Origin: a virus
IMG/VR virus record: IMGVR_UViG_3300045988_187195
Coordinates: 1 to 32,402 of that record
Direction: 5' to 3' (one strand)
DNA: 32,402 nucleotides
The position numbers and the translations under genes were made by a program. Positions 30,049 to 32,402 of this stretch are shown here, one piece after another. The notes below the pieces were generated by a model. The model saw only the letters and a program-made list of their open reading frames with translations, searched no databases and had not been told where the DNA came from. Position 1 is the first letter of the stretch. The number at the start of each line of letters is the position of its first letter.

Positions 30049-30426
30049 TTGACTATAGGTGAAAGAATAAATGCGCTTAGGTCTAACTTGAACCTAAGCA
30101 TGGAAAAGTTCGGAAAGAAGATTGGTATAACTCGAAGTAGTGTCAATTCACTCGAAAAAGGTGTAAACAATCCTAGTGACCAAACAATAAAACTAATATG
30201 CAAAGAATATAATGTTGATTATTTTTGGCTTACTGAAGGAATTGGAGATATGTTTCTAGATGTGCCGGATAACACTATTGACGAATTAATTGATGAATAC
30301 CAAATCAACCCAAACCAAAAGCCACTTATAAAGGCGTATCTAAAATCAAGTGAAGAAACAAAGGAAAGGTTATTAGATTTCATTTATGGAATTATTAAGG
30401 AATTAGACAATGCGGAACAAAACTAA
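30049..30426 (+). CDS. XRE/cI-type HTH repressor, 125 aa, with no S24 peptidase domain
   Basis: GGAGG sits 8 nt before TTG 30049, giving MTIGERINALRSNLNLSMEKFGKKIGITRSSVNSLEKG. The track ATG 30025 lies within or next to the -10 box. Confidence 0.8.
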   Translation: MTIGERINALRSNLNLSMEKFGKKIGITRSSVNSLEKGVNNPSDQTIKLICKEYNVDYFWLTEGIGDMFLDVPDNTIDELIDEYQINPNQKPLIKAYLKSSEETKERLLDFIYGIIKELDNAEQN

Positions 30427-31054
30427 AACACCACCTATTCAACAAGGTGGAAGTAAGAAGAAAAAGATATTATTATGGTGTGCAATTATTATTGCCGTTT
30501 TTTATGCAATTATTGCTATCGCTCCTAGTGAACCTCAAAAGAAGCTAACATATACCGAAGAAATAGCAGAAAATTGGGAAGTACCGGAAAAAGAAGTAAA
30601 ATCTATTGTATCCGTTGCGAAAGAACTAGGAATTAAAAAATCAAAACTTCATATCACTCATTTAGATGAGGATTCTTGCACAATTAAATATATAGACACT
30701 GATATTACTTTTAATATCAAAGATGACACTGTAAACACTGTTAAAAAGGATGAAACAGTATTCTATGAAAATGGTTCAGTTACTAGAATGCCTAGAACTG
30801 TTATTATGACACAAGCAGAAAAAGAAGCTTTATATGATTGGGTAAAAATGGCAATCGCATTACATTCAGATTTCAATATATCTGAATTAGATACAATCTC
30901 AAACTTTGATTGGATTAAACAAGATAATTCATATGCAGTAAAAGGATACGCATATGTAGATGATAAGAAACTTGGCTTTGTCATTACTTGTGATTGGACA
31001 GGAAACACTGATGAAGCACCAACATTTAAAGAAATTCAATGGTTTCCAAACTAA
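30410..31054 (+). CDS. N-terminally membrane-anchored protein co-transcribed with the repressor, 214 aa (candidate superinfection-exclusion or lysogenic-conversion protein)
   Basis: Its ATG overlaps the repressor 3' end. The N-terminus has KKKKILLWCAIIIAVFYAIIAIA as a signal-anchor. No family recognised. Confidence 0.6.
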   Translation: MRNKTKTPPIQQGGSKKKKILLWCAIIIAVFYAIIAIAPSEPQKKLTYTEEIAENWEVPEKEVKSIVSVAKELGIKKSKLHITHLDEDSCTIKYIDTDITFNIKDDTVNTVKKDETVFYENGSVTRMPRTVIMTQAEKEALYDWVKMAIALHSDFNISELDTISNFDWIKQDNSYAVKGYAYVDDKKLGFVITCDWTGNTDEAPTFKEIQWFPN

Positions 31055-31056
31055 AA

Positions 31057-31080
31057 AAGAGCGAAATTAATCGCTCTTTT
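31057..31080. terminator. Bidirectional rho-independent terminator between convergent units
   Basis: AAGAGCGA, loop AATTAA, TCGCTCTT, flanked by an A-run upstream and a T-run downstream. Confidence 0.7.
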
Positions 31081-31195
31081 CATCTGTGGAATTTATCCAA
31101 ATCCGTTGAGTATACTCATAAACTCTTGCCACTTCTTTTTCTTCTAGTTCTTCTAACATTCTATTAATCAATACATACATTTCATACTTCGTCAT
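31067..31195 (-). CDS. Small protein downstream of the integrase, 42 aa (shortened relative to the track)
   Basis: GGGGGAAGCCAC precedes ATG 31195 (MTKYEMYVLINRMLEELEEKE..). It could be an excision accessory factor, but no HTH is seen. Confidence 0.4.
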   Translation of the reverse strand: MTKYEMYVLINRMLEELEEKEVARVYEYTQRIWINSTDEKSD

Positions 31196-31277
31196 GTGGC
31201 TTCCCCCTTTCTTTATAATTATTAATAACTCTAAGGTTATAACACATATAACTATATTTCGAGGGTAATTTTTAGTG

Positions 31278-32375
31278 CTAAAATTTGTCTTTCTCCATAA
31301 ATTGTACAATACCTTTATCTGCTTGAGGTAACCAATGAGCGTATACTGAAAGCACCGTATCAAGGTTATCGCCTAATCTTTTTGCAATATCGTATACAGA
31401 AAAATTCACTATTCCATCTGTAACCATATTGTTAATCATATAGCTTGCACATGAGTGCCTTAAATCGTGTATTCTTATAATAGGTATCTGCTCATTTCGT
31501 GGTAGCTTGATATTTGTTTTCTTAATAGTCTCATTCAGTTCTCTTCTAACCGAACTACGATAAAAAGGTACTGTCATACCAAATATATAATCGTTCTCAT
31601 TTGCGTTCATATTCTCTTTAAAAGCTTTATATTCATCAGATAGAAATTGTGGCATAGTAATTAATCTATAACTGTTATTTGTTTTAGGCGTTGTAGCTTT
31701 TCTTAGCATGTCTGCCCATGTCTTTTGTATATTAATGGTATTATTTACTAAATCAATATCCTTCCACTGTAAAGCCAATGTTTCGCCTATCCTCATGCCC
31801 ATGTAGAATTGATTCATAAATAATAAATGATATACAGGTTTATTTTCATTCACTATAAACTTGTTGAATTGCTCAACTGTCCAATACATCATGTCTTTCT
31901 TCTTCTCGTTTGGGTCTTTCTTTAAATCAATATTATCGCACGGACTCACTTGAATATAGCCTTGTCTTACTGCGTAATTCAATACTGCTCTAAATTTCGT
32001 ATAATAGTTAAGTACTGAATTAAATGACATTGATTGCATTAATTTATTAATGAACTTTTCTATATTGTTAGATGTAAGCTTTTTAACCTCACATTCACCT
32101 AGTTCATCTTCCCAATATTTTAAAATCGCTTTCTGCGTCAAGTATGAGCTTTCTTTAATTCTCTTTTCCGAGTATACTTGATATTGATAAGATAACTCTT
32201 TAAATGTGATGGTTGCGTTTGGTTCTTTTAAATTCTCTTTGAATAGAATCTCGGCTTTTATAGCATCCTTCTTTTTTTCAAACCCACGCTTCTTGTATTG
32301 CTTGGTCTTTCCATTTAATTTATATGAACCATAATACATCCATTTGCCTGTTGCTTCATCTTTCTTGACTGCCAT
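31278..32375 (-). CDS. int: Tyrosine recombinase (phage integrase), 365 aa
   Basis: AGAGGTGCGAGAA precedes ATG 32375 (MAVKKDEATGKW). It has MGMRIGETLAL, HDLRHSCASY and LSVYAHW (catalytic R, H-x-x-R, Y). Confidence 0.9.
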   Translation of the reverse strand: MAVKKDEATGKWMYYGSYKLNGKTKQYKKRGFEKKKDAIKAEILFKENLKEPNATITFKELSYQYQVYSEKRIKESSYLTQKAILKYWEDELGECEVKKLTSNNIEKFINKLMQSMSFNSVLNYYTKFRAVLNYAVRQGYIQVSPCDNIDLKKDPNEKKKDMMYWTVEQFNKFIVNENKPVYHLLFMNQFYMGMRIGETLALQWKDIDLVNNTINIQKTWADMLRKATTPKTNNSYRLITMPQFLSDEYKAFKENMNANENDYIFGMTVPFYRSSVRRELNETIKKTNIKLPRNEQIPIIRIHDLRHSCASYMINNMVTDGIVNFSVYDIAKRLGDNLDTVLSVYAHWLPQADKGIVQFMEKDKF

Positions 32376-32402
32376 TTCTCGCACCTCTTTTTTTATCATC
32401 AT

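Larger units (their letters stand above)
1..32402 (-). mobile_element. Temperate siphovirus-like phage/prophage, near-complete (integrase, immunity, replication/recombination, packaging, head, tail, lysis)
   Basis: Collinear minus-strand gene order typical of Firmicutes temperate phages. Genes are tightly packed with ATGA/TAATG couplings, and GGAGG SD sites precede most genes. No att repeats were identified, and the window edges fall at gene boundaries. Confidence 0.9.

Noticed and set aside
30000-30203. The 67-aa minus-strand ORF antisense to the repressor gene, and the 30763..31008 minus-strand ORF antisense to the membrane protein gene.
   Set aside because: They have no SD, are hydrophobic and low-complexity, and lie inside confidently called plus-strand genes.
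1-32402. An alternative genetic code (TGA=Trp, code 4) or stop-codon recoding as the explanation for the truncated ORFs.
   Set aside because: Trp is encoded by TGG throughout. TGA, TAA and TAG all terminate genes at sensible, translationally coupled positions, and the ORFs are long under code 11. The truncations are all at the 5' end and are all resolved by an ATA start, not by reading through stops.

Overview
This AT-rich 32.4-kb window is essentially one temperate siphovirus-type phage or prophage of a low-GC Gram-positive host. Almost all genes are on the minus strand. From right to left the modules are: tyrosine integrase; a divergent immunity switch (plus-strand XRE/cI-like repressor with a membrane protein); an early region (Erf annealase, NinB-like protein, RusA, iteron-bearing replisome organiser, dimeric dUTPase, SSB, PD-(D/E)XK nuclease); a sigma/ArpU-like late activator; TerS/TerL; portal; a displaced tail-fibre cassette; MuF-like protein; scaffold; major capsid; connectors; major tail; chaperones; tape measure; Dit; Tal-like protein; holin; an uncharacterised six-gene cassette; CHAP endolysin; and a small post-lysin accessory block. 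No CRISPR array, rRNA or transposase is visible. Main finding: at least 12 genes (TerS, portal, fibre, major capsid, gp10-like, major tail, tape measure, Dit, endolysin, RusA, nuclease, replisome organiser) have no in-frame ATG/GTG/TTG in a usable position. Each instead has an ATA codon 5-11 nt downstream of a strong GGAGG-type Shine-Dalgarno (SD) sequence, usually within two or three codons of (sometimes directly after) the upstream in-frame stop, and four times as an ATAG/ATAA stop-start overlap. Between the late activator and the packaging genes lies a 76-nt tRNA gene (20911..20986, minus). It carries bacterial initiator-tRNA hallmarks (1x72 mismatch, A11:U24, AGGUC variable loop, GCAACCA end), but its anticodon is UAU, which is cognate to AUA. 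I interpret this as a phage-borne initiator tRNA paired with AUA start codons. I have not seen such a system described. All calls come from reading the sequence and translations by eye; no searches were run.
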